A stretch of 64,000 bases of DNA, from the NCBI GenBank assembly GCA_965205015.1, contig OZ242029.1, positions 2,144,001 through 2,208,000 of the forward strand, written 5' to 3'. The notes beneath the pieces are model-generated. The model was not told the DNA's origin and searched no databases. It worked only from the letters and a program-made list of their open reading frames with translations. Both the position numbers and the translations under genes were made by a program. Shown here one piece after another: positions 49,976 through 60,325 of this stretch. This DNA comes from Candidatus Poribacteria bacterium (GTDB lineage Bacteria > Poribacteria > WGA-4E > WGA-3G). Position 1 is the stretch's first letter. Every line of letters begins with the position of its first letter.

Positions 49976-51586
49976 TTATGAAACTTTGAAATGAATCGTT
50001 CTCTCTTCACTTTCACGATAACCGATGCGGATCGCTTTTGCGCGCACGGTGGTTTCGCCTGCTGACAGACGCAGGGGTTCAGTATAGAGGTGCCAGTGCG
50101 CATCATCCCCTTGCTCCGTTGTATAAGCAATTGATGCCCCTTGCGTCGAGCAGTGAAGTTGCAAAACGAGAGGTGCTGCCCACTCGCCAGCCTCGTGTAC
50201 CACCTCTGTACCCGAATGTTCGGCGTTCATCGGGATGAAAATAGGTGCTGCCGTTTGAGGTTGCGTGCCATTAGGGTACCACTGCGCAACCATCTGTTCC
50301 TCGGAGATATCCCCCATATCCCCGAATTCGGATTGCCATTGTGTCAGTGCGCCGCGCATCCTTTCCAGAACGTCGTGATGTCCGGTATCCTTCGCTAAAT
50401 TGTTGAGTTCATACCTATCGTTTTCAACATCGTAAAGTTCTTCAGCAGGACGCGGACATTGGAACATAACCGCCTGATCCCCCTCCAACTCACCTGCGGC
50501 ATACAACCGCCACATCTCCTGCATGATCGGGTGCCGATTCCGATAAGGAATCCAGAGCAGATACGGTTTTTCAGGATAATAATTTCTGATGTATTTATAC
50601 CGCTTATCGCGAACAGCACGGACCATATCGTAAGACTCGTCGTAACGGTCGCGGGTCGCAAAAATGTAGTCCCGTTCTATCTTCTCCGGTCCGAGAAACG
50701 GTTGTCCCTGTAAATGTTCCGGTGCTTGCACACCGCAAAGTGAGAGAACTGTTGGACCCAAATCAATCAGACTCACGAGTTGATCACTCACACTATCAGC
50801 AGAAAGCGAACCGGGCCACCGCACAATCAATGGAATACGAATACCAGCATCGTAGGGCCACCGTTTGCCGCGTGGAAGTCCTTCACCGTGATCGCTCCAG
50901 AGAAAGACGATGGTATTCTCCGAAAGTCCATCCTCTTCCAACTGATCGAGGAGTTCGCCGACACGGGCATCCGCAGTGGCAAGGTTATCATATTGACGCG
51001 CCAACGCCTGCCGTGCTTTCGGTGTATCCGGCAGATACGGCGGTAACTGAACATCATCCGGATTCGTAGTCGTGGTCAATGGACGATCCTCCCGTTCCCA
51101 CATACCGCTCTCGTGCGTAACCGTCGGATTGAAGACGGAAAAGAAGGGTTGTCCCCCCTCACGATTTCGCCAATGTCCGGTGTTATTACACTCGTCCCAT
51201 GCCGTGATTGGCGGTGTAAACTGATAATCCGTCTTGCTGTTATTCGTGCAGTAATAGCCCGCACCCCTGAGATATTCGGTGAACGTTTTTACATAAGGCG
51301 GTGGAACCGCAGAATATGGGGTCGGCATGTCAGGCGTGTTTTGGTTCGTGTGCGTTGTGCGCATGTGATGTGTACCAATGGAGGTCTGGTACATGCCGGT
51401 AATGATTGCAGAACGGCTCGGCGCACAGACACCGGCAGTCGAGAACGCATTCGGAAACCGACAACCGCCAGCAGCAAGCCGGTCGATATTCGGTGTCCGC
51501 GCGAGTGTATCCCCATAACAACCGAAACGCGGTGTTGTATCTTCCACAGAGATCCAAAGAATATTCGGGCGATCTGATGTGCTCAT
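49976..51586 (-). CDS. Sulfatase with C-terminal Fn3-associated domain (copy 1)
   Basis: CAPSRSAIITG, SDHG, TQGASIAYT..YTEP. Confidence 0.92.
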   Translation of the reverse strand: MSTSDRPNILWISVEDTTPRFGCYGDTLARTPNIDRLAAGGCRFPNAFSTAGVCAPSRSAIITGMYQTSIGTHHMRTTHTNQNTPDMPTPYSAVPPPYVKTFTEYLRGAGYYCTNNSKTDYQFTPPITAWDECNNTGHWRNREGGQPFFSVFNPTVTHESGMWEREDRPLTTTTNPDDVQLPPYLPDTPKARQALARQYDNLATADARVGELLDQLEEDGLSENTIVFLWSDHGEGLPRGKRWPYDAGIRIPLIVRWPGSLSADSVSDQLVSLIDLGPTVLSLCGVQAPEHLQGQPFLGPEKIERDYIFATRDRYDESYDMVRAVRDKRYKYIRNYYPEKPYLLWIPYRNRHPIMQEMWRLYAAGELEGDQAVMFQCPRPAEELYDVENDRYELNNLAKDTGHHDVLERMRGALTQWQSEFGDMGDISEEQMVAQWYPNGTQPQTAAPIFIPMNAEHSGTEVVHEAGEWAAPLVLQLHCSTQGASIAYTTEQGDDAHWHLYTEPLRLSAGETTVRAKAIRIGYRESEERTIHFKVS

Positions 51587-51651
51587 TTTTACTCCCTGTT
51601 TTTGACAGGATTGTACCCCAAACAGCGGTTTAAGTCAATAGGGTCGTCTAA

Positions 51652-53011
51652 GTCACTTACCCCCATTTTTTTCTGAAGGTTTGTGGTGAAAGGTTTTTGT
51701 TGTAAAAAGTGTGAGAAAGTCAGTGGGTTTATGATAAAATACCTCCTTACGGCAACCGTTTGTAATCGAGTTTACAAAACATGTAAGGAGGTATTTTATG
51801 AAAAAGAGATACCCAAAACGGGTAAATCCAGAAACAATGATAGCACGTTTTGGAGAAATCTTCAAGTCTGTTGGTATGAAAAAACCGGTTTTTCGGAATC
51901 TGGTGTTGGTCTTGATAGCGATCAGTGTTGCCCCGACGTTTCGGATCAATGAAATTGCGTCGCGTTTGTCGCTCGTCGTCAAGCGGGAAAAGTCGAAACA
52001 GAAAAGGTTTCTGCGTTTCCTTGACACCCCGTTGCCTGTGGATGCGCTGAAACGTGCTTGGTTTGTGTCGGTTGTAGGTTGGTTTTCCAAGGATGCCAAC
52101 GCTCATCTGTATTTGCTCGTTGATGAGACGTCTCTGATTGCCGGGTGGAAAGCACTTGTTGTTTCGATCCCGTTTCGGCATCGTGCGATCCCTGTCTTTT
52201 GGTTCATCTATAGCGATCAACAGCTTCACGAGGGTATCTATAAGAGTCATAATGAAATCATCCAATACTTCTGTGTTCATGTTTATCAAGAGGCTTTAGG
52301 GGTCGTGTCGCGGCATCAACAACGACCTGTTCTGGTGTTTGACCGTGGTTTTGGGCGTGCGCGATACGTCATCAAGTTTCTCAAGGCACGGGATATTGCG
52401 TTCGTGATGCGTGTTGCGAGGCATGTCGGTATCAGGCATGATGGGAGTCTGAAGAAACTTGATGACCTTGAAGCGGGCTGGTATCCGTATATCCTTTATC
52501 AGTCGCAGGAGCAGATACCGCTTCAACTTTATATCCTCAGAGACGGTGCCTTTAAAGACCCGATGTATCTTATCTCAAATCGCCTCAGTGGACATCAGAT
52601 ACATCACTGTTACAAAAGACGCATGCAGATTGAACACGGGTTCCGAGATATAAAGTCGTGCTTCGGCTTTGGCAAACTCGTCTTGAAAAAACCGACACAA
52701 ACGCGTCTGGATGTTCTCTGGCTGTGTGCCTGCTTGGCTTATGGATTGGTGTTTATCAGTTATGAGAAGGTCGCCTCTACACACTGGCAGAAGGCACATA
52801 ATAGTAATAACAGAAAAACTTTTTCTGTTATTACTATTATCAAACGCGTGCTCACCGACTTATGGAACCAACATTTTCTCATCTCCTTTTTCACGCAGAT
52901 ACATTCCAGGGGCGATCCGCCTTGGGAAACCCTTGGAAACTGACTTTCTCGCATACAAACCTGATGGCATCAACTACAATCTACTCTCGAAAAAAAATGG
53001 GGGTAAGTGAC
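51652..53011 (+). mobile_element. Intact insertion sequence (IS4-superfamily DDE), 1360 bp
   Basis: 21-bp perfect IR gtcacttacccccattttttt; 10-bp TSD ggtcgtctaa at 51642-51651 and 53012-53021. Confidence 0.9.
51798..52943 (+). CDS. DDE transposase (IS4-like)
   Basis: LVDET, VFDRGF, YKRRMQIEHGFRDIK (YREK motif). Confidence 0.9.
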   Translation: MKKRYPKRVNPETMIARFGEIFKSVGMKKPVFRNLVLVLIAISVAPTFRINEIASRLSLVVKREKSKQKRFLRFLDTPLPVDALKRAWFVSVVGWFSKDANAHLYLLVDETSLIAGWKALVVSIPFRHRAIPVFWFIYSDQQLHEGIYKSHNEIIQYFCVHVYQEALGVVSRHQQRPVLVFDRGFGRARYVIKFLKARDIAFVMRVARHVGIRHDGSLKKLDDLEAGWYPYILYQSQEQIPLQLYILRDGAFKDPMYLISNRLSGHQIHHCYKRRMQIEHGFRDIKSCFGFGKLVLKKPTQTRLDVLWLCACLAYGLVFISYEKVASTHWQKAHNSNNRKTFSVITIIKRVLTDLWNQHFLISFFTQIHSRGDPPWETLGN

Positions 53012-53027
53012 GGTCGTCTAAACATTT

Positions 53028-54374
53028 CAGGGGTATTCAGTTTTCGGTTTTTTCGTAATATTTTTCACATCTGTTAATATTATAAAATAAACAGATACAG
53101 CGTGACTTTTCCCGCTGTATCTGCTATACTTCACCGTAAAAAACCATCACATTTTTTGAGGTGAATCATGACAAGAAGTTCCTCTTGCCACTTACTTGAC
53201 ATATTAGCAGAAGTTCCGGATCCACGCCATAAAAAAGGGAAACGCTACAACTTGGGGTCTATCCTTGCGCTGCTCGTCATCGGTGTAATGTCGAATCATA
53301 AAGGGTATACGTCTATAGCGACTTGGGCACGGCATCAAGGGGCCCTGGCAAAAGCGTTAGGTTTCAAATCAGAGAAGACCCCGTGTGCTGGAACGCTTCA
53401 TAATCTTTTGAAGCGTCTTGACGTCGTGAGTCTCGAAGCCTTACTCACGAAATGGGTGTTTTCAAAACTTGAAAGTCTTCAAGTTTTGAAAACACAGGAT
53501 TTACAAGGGGTGGCGATAGATGGCAAAGAGTTATGTGGCTCCAAAGACCCAGAAACCCGATACCGCACACATTTACTCTCCGCTGTCTCTCATGAGTTAG
53601 GGATTACCCTTACACAGCGGGCTGTCAGTGGAAAAACAAATGAGATCCCCATCTCAACGCAACTTCTGAAAACCTTTGATGTCACCGGGAAAGTCATAAC
53701 AACAGATGCACTTTTGACCCAAAGAACCTTTTGTAAAGAGGTTCTCAAATATCACGCAAACTATGCAATGCCCGTCAAAGAGAATCACAAACAGATGTAT
53801 CACGACATTCGCGAACTCTTTGAACCGCTTTCGGAGACAGACACACCACACGTCCAAGCACGACGGTTTCAGAACCTACACACCGAGGCAGACGCACACC
53901 TTGATACCCACACAGACGTTGAAACATCACACGGGTTTATCACCACACGCACGCTAACAGCAAGCACACTCTTGACGGATTATATCAACTGGCCAGGACT
54001 CGCACAAGTGTATCAATACCAATCCAAGCGGGAGAATACCAAAACAGGCGAGACTACCTACCAGACGCAGTATGGCATCACGAGTCTTACACCACAAGAC
54101 GCATCCGCAGAAACTTTGCTCAAACTCCGACGCCAACACTGGACGATAGAAAACAAAGTCCATTGGGTGCGAGATGTCGTCCTCGGGGAGGACGCTTCAC
54201 AAGCAAGAACAGGGAGACTCCCACAAGTCATGGCTGCCCTACGCAACACTGCCCTGGCTCTCTTACGCTTTGACGGACACACAAAAATTGCGGAAACACT
54301 GCGATTTTTCGCTGCAAAACCTAAACTCGCAGTTAAACTCATACAGTGACAAAACTTAAAACTAAATACCCCTG
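53028..54374 (+). mobile_element. Intact ISAs1-family element, 1347 bp
   Basis: IR caggggtatt(c/t)agtttt; 10-bp TSD ctaaacattt at 53018-53027 and 54375-54384. Confidence 0.92.
53168..54349 (+). CDS. ISAs1 family transposase
   Basis: VPDPR, AIDGK, KTNEIP, TTDALLTQ, HWTIENKVHWVRDV..ED. Confidence 0.95.
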   Translation: MTRSSSCHLLDILAEVPDPRHKKGKRYNLGSILALLVIGVMSNHKGYTSIATWARHQGALAKALGFKSEKTPCAGTLHNLLKRLDVVSLEALLTKWVFSKLESLQVLKTQDLQGVAIDGKELCGSKDPETRYRTHLLSAVSHELGITLTQRAVSGKTNEIPISTQLLKTFDVTGKVITTDALLTQRTFCKEVLKYHANYAMPVKENHKQMYHDIRELFEPLSETDTPHVQARRFQNLHTEADAHLDTHTDVETSHGFITTRTLTASTLLTDYINWPGLAQVYQYQSKRENTKTGETTYQTQYGITSLTPQDASAETLLKLRRQHWTIENKVHWVRDVVLGEDASQARTGRLPQVMAALRNTALALLRFDGHTKIAETLRFFAAKPKLAVKLIQ

Positions 54375-54392
54375 CTAAACATTTAGGGTCAT

Positions 54393-56003
54393 TTAATTGT
54401 CTGAAACTGTGAATTTTAGAGATTTTTCATCGCTCTCTTTGTAACCGATTCGAATTGCTTTTGCTCTTATAACGGTTTCACCTTTCGGTAAACGCAAAGG
54501 TTCTGTATACAACTGCCATCGGACGTCTTCACCTTGTTCGGTTGTATACGCAATTGAGGCCCCTTGTGTTGAACAGTAGAGTTGCAGAAGCAGCGGTGCG
54601 TTCCATTCTCCATCTTCATGAGCAGGCTCCATGCCGGGGTTAGACGCGTTCATCGGAATGAAAAGTGGTGATGCCGTTTGTGGTTGTATGCCGTTAGGAT
54701 ACCACTTCGCCACCATTTGTTCTTCAGATATATTCCCCATATCCCCGAATTCCGATTGCCATGCTGTCAACGCTTCTTGCATCCGTTTAAGCACATTTGC
54801 ATGTGCTGCATTCTCTGCTAAGTTGTTGAGTTCATACTTGTCATTTTCCACATCGTAGAGTTCTTCAGTGGGGCACGGTGATTGGAACATCACCAATTGA
54901 TCTCCCTCTAATTTGCCTTCGGCATGAAGTCGCCACATCTCCTGCATCACGGGATGGCTATTGCGGTAAGGATCCCAGAGGAGATACGGCTTTTCGGGAT
55001 AATAATTTCGGATGTATTTATACTTTTTATCGCGCACAGCACGCAACATGTGATACGATAAATCAAGGCGGTCGCGCGTCGCAAAAATATATTCACGTTC
55101 TACTTTTTCTGGTCCAAGGAAGGGGTGTCCTTGTAGGTGCTGCGGGGCTTGAACACCACATAACGAAAGCACAGTGGGCCCGAGGTCAATCAAACTCACC
55201 AATTGATCACTTTCACTCCCTGGATTAAGTTCTTCGTGCCAACGCACAATCAACGGAATTCGAATCCCCGCATCATAGGGCCAACGTTTACCGCGAGGGA
55301 GTCCTTCACCGTGATCGCTCCAGAGAAAAACAATAGTATTCTCTGCGAGGCCATCTGCTTCCAGTTGATCTAACAACTCTCCGACACGTGCATCGGCAGT
55401 GGCGAGGTTATCGTACTGTCGAGCCAATGCCGCACGGGCTTTAGGTGTATCTGGTAAATAAGGCGGTAATTCCACGTCATCTGGATTCGTGGTCAGTGGT
55501 TGATCTTCCTTTTCCCACATGCCGCTTTCGTGTGTAACGATTGGGTTAAAAACGGAAAAGAAGGATTGCCCTGCCGCACGATTTCGCCAGTGCCCTTGAT
55601 TGCTATTGTCATCCCACGCTGTGATAGGGGGTGTAAACTGATAGTCTGTTTTGCTATTGTTGGTGCAATAATAGCCTGCTCCTCTCAGGTATTCGGTGAA
55701 GGTTTTCACATAAGGTGGAGGAACAACAGAATACGGGGTAGGTAAGTTAGGTGTACTTGGGTGTGTATGCGTTGTCCGATGGTGATGTGTTCCGATGGAA
55801 GTCTGATACATACCGGTGATAATAGCGGAACGACTTGGGGCACAGACGCCGGCTGTTGAAAAGGCATTTGGAAACCGACATCCGCCTGCAGCGAGGCGGT
55901 CAATATTTGGGGTGCGGGCGATTAAGTCGCCATAGCAACCGAAACGCGGCGTTGTATCCTCTAAAGATATCCAGAGGATATTCGGACGATCTGGGGTGCT
56001 CAT
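54393..56003 (-). CDS. Sulfatase with C-terminal Fn3-associated domain (copy 2)
   Basis: Close paralog of 49976..51586; CAPSR motif; ATG at 56003. Confidence 0.92.
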   Translation of the reverse strand: MSTPDRPNILWISLEDTTPRFGCYGDLIARTPNIDRLAAGGCRFPNAFSTAGVCAPSRSAIITGMYQTSIGTHHHRTTHTHPSTPNLPTPYSVVPPPYVKTFTEYLRGAGYYCTNNSKTDYQFTPPITAWDDNSNQGHWRNRAAGQSFFSVFNPIVTHESGMWEKEDQPLTTNPDDVELPPYLPDTPKARAALARQYDNLATADARVGELLDQLEADGLAENTIVFLWSDHGEGLPRGKRWPYDAGIRIPLIVRWHEELNPGSESDQLVSLIDLGPTVLSLCGVQAPQHLQGHPFLGPEKVEREYIFATRDRLDLSYHMLRAVRDKKYKYIRNYYPEKPYLLWDPYRNSHPVMQEMWRLHAEGKLEGDQLVMFQSPCPTEELYDVENDKYELNNLAENAAHANVLKRMQEALTAWQSEFGDMGNISEEQMVAKWYPNGIQPQTASPLFIPMNASNPGMEPAHEDGEWNAPLLLQLYCSTQGASIAYTTEQGEDVRWQLYTEPLRLPKGETVIRAKAIRIGYKESDEKSLKFTVSDN

Positions 56004-56034
56004 TATTGCTTCCTTTTGACAGTGATTTAATGTT

Positions 56035-56877
56035 TTAGTGCCAACACCCTTCTGTATACGCTTCACGATCAAATAACTTCTGGCGATGCGGGGTGGCACG
56101 TTCTATCCATTCCGCAGGGATTTCTTGCGTGTAACGGTGCGGTGGTCCCGCTTCCTTAAAGATGTCAATAGCGAAGATACGATAAAGCTGCGGAGAATCT
56201 ACAGGTTTCGCCTCCACCGCGTGGAAGATGCGGGCATCAATGTAGACCATGCTACCCGGTGGTAATTCAAGCCGTTTCTCTTCCAGCTTGCGTCCCGCTT
56301 CTCTGTCGAAATCACCCGCGAGCATCCGTTCAGGTGTTGCCGCTTTCGTCGGAGCGACCTTGTGGCTGCCCGCAATAACTTTGAGGTTCCGATCTCCGCG
56401 TGTAAAGCCGTTCGGATAGTACAGAATCTGTATATAGTAGTTATCGCGCTCGGCGAGGTTAACAGGGTTCTCATGTTTCCAGTGGTGATGGTCCTGATGG
56501 TATCCAAGTGGACCGATCCCACGGGGGGCGATGTTGAGTGCAGAATGGCAGAAATGGTACGCGTCGCCAATGGTGGCATGTATGAGTGCCGTAATGAAGG
56601 GATCATCAATGAGTCGATCGCTGTATTCACCGCGATCGTTCCATGGACGCGTAAAATAGGAGCGTGCCTGTTCCTCACCGTTACGCAACGCCTCGATAAA
56701 CTGGCGCGCCGGTTCAAAATGCTGCGTGATTTCCTCAATCAACCCTTCTCTACCGTCGTCCGTGAACACATCTGGATAAGCGATGTAGCCATTGTCATGA
56801 AAAGAATCGATATCCGCCTGCGACGGACCCGATAATCGGAAAAGCGAATCAAGTGCCGTAGTTGTTTCCATAGCCAT
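56035..56877 (-). CDS. PhyH family dioxygenase
   Basis: FHDNGY, YHQDH, VIAGSH, IFHAV. Confidence 0.8.
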   Translation of the reverse strand: MAMETTTALDSLFRLSGPSQADIDSFHDNGYIAYPDVFTDDGREGLIEEITQHFEPARQFIEALRNGEEQARSYFTRPWNDRGEYSDRLIDDPFITALIHATIGDAYHFCHSALNIAPRGIGPLGYHQDHHHWKHENPVNLAERDNYYIQILYYPNGFTRGDRNLKVIAGSHKVAPTKAATPERMLAGDFDREAGRKLEEKRLELPPGSMVYIDARIFHAVEAKPVDSPQLYRIFAIDIFKEAGPPHRYTQEIPAEWIERATPHRQKLFDREAYTEGCWH

Positions 56878-56919
56878 AACTCCTTACACAATTCGTAATT
56901 GCATTCCCTAAGTTTTGGT

Positions 56920-56948
56920 TTGACTTTTGGTTGATTTGACAGTATAAT
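56920..56948 (+). promoter_or_regulatory. Sigma70 promoter of the toxin-antitoxin pair
   Basis: TTGACT-17 bp-TATAAT. Confidence 0.7.
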
Positions 56949-56995
56949 TCTACTATTCTTTAGGTTTCTGACGCTGTAAACCCTTAGTGTCTTAG

Positions 56996-57247
56996 GTGAG
57001 ATCAATAGGAGCAAAAAAAATCCAAAAACTTGACCGTATAACATTTAATCCAAATGTAATGGGAGGCAAGCCTTGTATCCGCGGCATGCGGGTCACTGTC
57101 GGAATGATCGTTGGTTTGGTTGCCTCTGGTTGTTCCAACGCCGAGATTTTGGATGCCTACCCCTATTTAGAAAAGGAAGACATTCGTCAATCCCTTTCCT
57201 ATGCCGCGTGGCGAGTTCAAGAGATTGAAGTGCCAATCGGCCCATAA
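56996..57247 (+). CDS. DUF433 antitoxin (start uncertain)
   Basis: RITFNPNVMGGKPCIRGMRVTV, YPYLEKEDI. Confidence 0.88.
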   Translation: MRSIGAKKIQKLDRITFNPNVMGGKPCIRGMRVTVGMIVGLVASGCSNAEILDAYPYLEKEDIRQSLSYAAWRVQEIEVPIGP

Positions 57248-57624
57248 TGAAAGTGCTAATTGATATGAATCTTTCTATGAAATGGGTTCCCGTTTTTGAA
57301 CAATACGGATGGAGTGCGGTTCATTGGAGGAATATAGGTGAGCCGCACGCGTCAGATAGCACCATTATGACTTGGGCGCGTGAGAACGGTTATGTTGTGT
57401 TCACCCAAGATCTTGATTTTGGCACATTACTTGCAACTACCTATGTTCAAAAACCCAGTGTGATTCAAGTTCGGATACAGAACGCCCTACCGGAAAACTT
57501 AGGACCTTGGTTAGCAGGAATTCTTCAGCAACACGAAGCCTTCTTAGAAAACGGTGCTTTGCTTACCATCACCGAGGATCGAACTCAAGTGCGTGTTCTC
57601 CCATTCAAAGCGGACAATTCATAG
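57247..57624 (+). CDS. DUF5615 PIN-like toxin
   Basis: MKVLIDMNLS, SDSTIM, TQDLDFG; TAATG overlap with antitoxin. Confidence 0.88.
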   Translation: MKVLIDMNLSMKWVPVFEQYGWSAVHWRNIGEPHASDSTIMTWARENGYVVFTQDLDFGTLLATTYVQKPSVIQVRIQNALPENLGPWLAGILQQHEAFLENGALLTITEDRTQVRVLPFKADNS

Positions 57625-57629
57625 TCTCC

Positions 57630-59102
57630 TCACATCCGACTGTGTCCGTCACGTTGAAATCTCTCCAGCAACGCGGTTAACCCGTCCACGATCTCTGGGT
57701 ATTTGTTCCACAGATTGTTTGTCTCACTCGGATCCTCATAAATCTGATACAATTGCCCTGGCACATCCGATTTCGGACCCCCATCGCGCGGTGGAGGCCA
57801 CCCACCTGAACCCTGTGTCCCCAAGATCAACTTCCATGCATCGTGACGGATAGAAAAAACACCCGTGCTGGAGTGATGCACGATAGCCTCCCGCAACGGA
57901 CTCTCTATCACTTCACCTAACAGCGCAGGCAGGACATTACAACTATCCTGTCCGGCATCATCGGGGACCTCTGTTCCAACAATAGCCGCGCACGTCGCCA
58001 TCAGGTCCGTGAGACAGGTTAAGGCGTCGCTTTGCGTATTGGGTTCGATCACCCCAGGCCAGCGGGCAATCAGGGGTTCACGATGTCCACCTTCCCAGAT
58101 ATGTGCCTTATAGCCGCGCCAGTCGCCACACGACTTATGATCATAGAGGTGATACGGCATCGGACTGTTATCGCCTTGGATTCGGTCGCCAGGCAAGGCA
58201 CCGTTATCGCTCGTGACGAAGATAAGCGTCTCATCGGTTTTGCCAGTCCGCGCTAACGCATCCATCACCTCACCAACCATCCAGTCGACGAGCCATACCA
58301 GATCCCCCCGGGGACCTGCGCTGCTTTTACCACGTGCGAAATCAGGGACGACTGCCTCTGTACAAGGTTCATGCGGCGCGGAAGGCGTTAGATACAGGAA
58401 GAAAGGAGCATCTCCATCGGCTTGTCCCTCAATATATTCAACCGCCTTCTGCGCGATAATCGGATCGGCATCTTTGTGCTCCCACCCCGGGACCATCATT
58501 CCATGGCGGCTCGTAAACTCTGGCACGTCATGATAGACACTCGGAATCTCGACGAACCTATCATTCTCAATGAAACCGTAAGGGGGTTGACAGGTCGGAC
58601 AACCGGCGTTTCCATAGAAATAGTCAAAGCCGATATCTGTTGGACCCCCAGTCAATGGCGCGGTGAAGTCGATATGTTCTTCCAATTCACGTTCCGCGTT
58701 CTGCCACGGCAGCGGCGCATGGAAATCGAAATCGTAGCCTGGGACGGTCGAAAATTCAATACCTAAATGCCATTTACCGACGCATGCGGTGTTGTAACCC
58801 ACATCTTTCAGTAACCGAGGAACTGTTAGGCGTTCACGTTCGATGAGAGGTGGCTCATACCCGTAAAGCACACCATGTTTGAGGCGACTTCGCCAACAGT
58901 ACCGCCCCGTTAAGACCCCGTATCGTGTCGGCGTACAGACTGCAGAGGGAGAGTGCGCATCGGTGAAGCGGATTCCCTCCTGCGCAAGTTTATCCATATT
59001 CGGGGTGGGAATCTTTGAATCCGGGTTATAGCAGCCGACATCACCGTATCCCATATCGTCTGCCATGATAAAGACAATGTTTGGAGAACTGTGTATATCC
59101 AT
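57630..59102 (-). CDS. Arylsulfatase A-like (Cys-type)
   Basis: ADDMGYGD, CTPTRYGVLTG, GKWHLG, SDNG. Confidence 0.93.
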   Translation of the reverse strand: MDIHSSPNIVFIMADDMGYGDVGCYNPDSKIPTPNMDKLAQEGIRFTDAHSPSAVCTPTRYGVLTGRYCWRSRLKHGVLYGYEPPLIERERLTVPRLLKDVGYNTACVGKWHLGIEFSTVPGYDFDFHAPLPWQNAERELEEHIDFTAPLTGGPTDIGFDYFYGNAGCPTCQPPYGFIENDRFVEIPSVYHDVPEFTSRHGMMVPGWEHKDADPIIAQKAVEYIEGQADGDAPFFLYLTPSAPHEPCTEAVVPDFARGKSSAGPRGDLVWLVDWMVGEVMDALARTGKTDETLIFVTSDNGALPGDRIQGDNSPMPYHLYDHKSCGDWRGYKAHIWEGGHREPLIARWPGVIEPNTQSDALTCLTDLMATCAAIVGTEVPDDAGQDSCNVLPALLGEVIESPLREAIVHHSSTGVFSIRHDAWKLILGTQGSGGWPPPRDGGPKSDVPGQLYQIYEDPSETNNLWNKYPEIVDGLTALLERFQRDGHSRM

Positions 59103-59141
59103 TATAATTCCTGAAGAAAGTCTGGCGATTATAGATCGCGC

Positions 59142-60272
59142 CTATTGTAATTTCGCCTTTAATTCAGCGAGGTCTTTGTCAAGCGATGCCTCTTCAGCGT
59201 AGCTCGAAAATTCACGCTCTAATTTCGCATCCTGATATGCGACATCCACCTCAGCTGCCGTTTTCGCTAAAGTCGCTGCTTCGGTCGCATCCTGATCCAT
59301 CTTCGTAAGCGTTTCAAACGCCTTATTGTCCTGTATCTCTTTCAGCATTTCGCGAAGGTGTGCTTCTGCATTAACATTTCTGTGTTTCGCCACGACAGTT
59401 GTCTTTTTCCCCTCCGCTTCCATCGTTTTCTGCTGGAGATGCTCAAGGAGATCACTGAGGTCCCGAACGATCTGTTTCTGTTCTTCCCACCGTGTTTTAT
59501 ATTGATCCGCTAACCGTCGGTATTCGTTTCGTTTTTCCAAATCTTCGCGCGCCAAATCCTCGCGTCCGGCTTTAAGAGCAATGAGTGCCCGTTCCTGCCA
59601 CTGTTCTGCTTGGGCAACTGCACCTTCATAAGCCTCTTGAAACTGTTTTTCAACCCCAATAGAGGCAGCGACCTTCTCTTGTGCCTCCGAAAGCCGATTT
59701 TTCATCTCAACGATAACACGCTCTAATACGCGCTCTGGGTCTTCAGTTTCAATCTCAGTCTGTTCCGGTTCTGGTTCATATTTCACAACGACTGTCTCCG
59801 CGAACTTATCTCCGAGGCGTTGCTGTTTCTCCCCAAGGAACCAAAGTAGATCAAGGGGTTGAAGGATACCTGAGAATCGGCGAAGGAAAGCATCCTTGAA
59901 GGTACACGGCTTACCGTCTTTCAAACGAAGCACCTGTAGGGACAACAGTTTCTTCCCTATGCCTTGACCCTTCCTGAAACCATCTATGAAAAACAGACCG
60001 AATATCCACAAGGCAGCACTAAACAAAAAAGCAAAGACGCTGAGTCCCATGCCAGTTAATAGCGATCTGGATACATTGGAAGGGGCTGTAGGGAAATCGT
60101 CGGGGCCTGCAGGGAATATCGGGAAAAGCACGAATGTTGTTAGAAACGTTAGAAGAAGTACGAAACCTGATTGCACAGCACCTAAAAGCGCGATATCTAT
60201 AAAGAGTGCGTATAACCGTGTCATTCGGGATGCTAATTTAAATTTTTTTCCTGCAATTTTAATAGATTTCAT
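59142..60272 (-). CDS. RDD domain - PspA/IM30 fusion protein (copy 1)
   Basis: RDD: RLYALFID, GQGIGKKLLSLQV, QRLGDKFAETVVV; PspA: EDPERVLE..EM, WQERA..AL..GREDLAR, LAELKAKL. Confidence 0.85.
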   Translation of the reverse strand: MKSIKIAGKKFKLASRMTRLYALFIDIALLGAVQSGFVLLLTFLTTFVLFPIFPAGPDDFPTAPSNVSRSLLTGMGLSVFAFLFSAALWIFGLFFIDGFRKGQGIGKKLLSLQVLRLKDGKPCTFKDAFLRRFSGILQPLDLLWFLGEKQQRLGDKFAETVVVKYEPEPEQTEIETEDPERVLERVIVEMKNRLSEAQEKVAASIGVEKQFQEAYEGAVAQAEQWQERALIALKAGREDLAREDLEKRNEYRRLADQYKTRWEEQKQIVRDLSDLLEHLQQKTMEAEGKKTTVVAKHRNVNAEAHLREMLKEIQDNKAFETLTKMDQDATEAATLAKTAAEVDVAYQDAKLEREFSSYAEEASLDKDLAELKAKLQ

Positions 60273-60325
60273 TTTCAAATCCTGAAAATTTTTTTGTGTT
60301 TACGTTACACACGTTCCGATAAATT

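Noticed and set aside
51652-54374. Composite transposon
   Set aside because: The two elements belong to different families, each has its own TSD, and there is no cargo between them
56004-56099. Longer start for sulfatase copy 2
   Set aside because: Paralog alignment and RBS place the start at 56003
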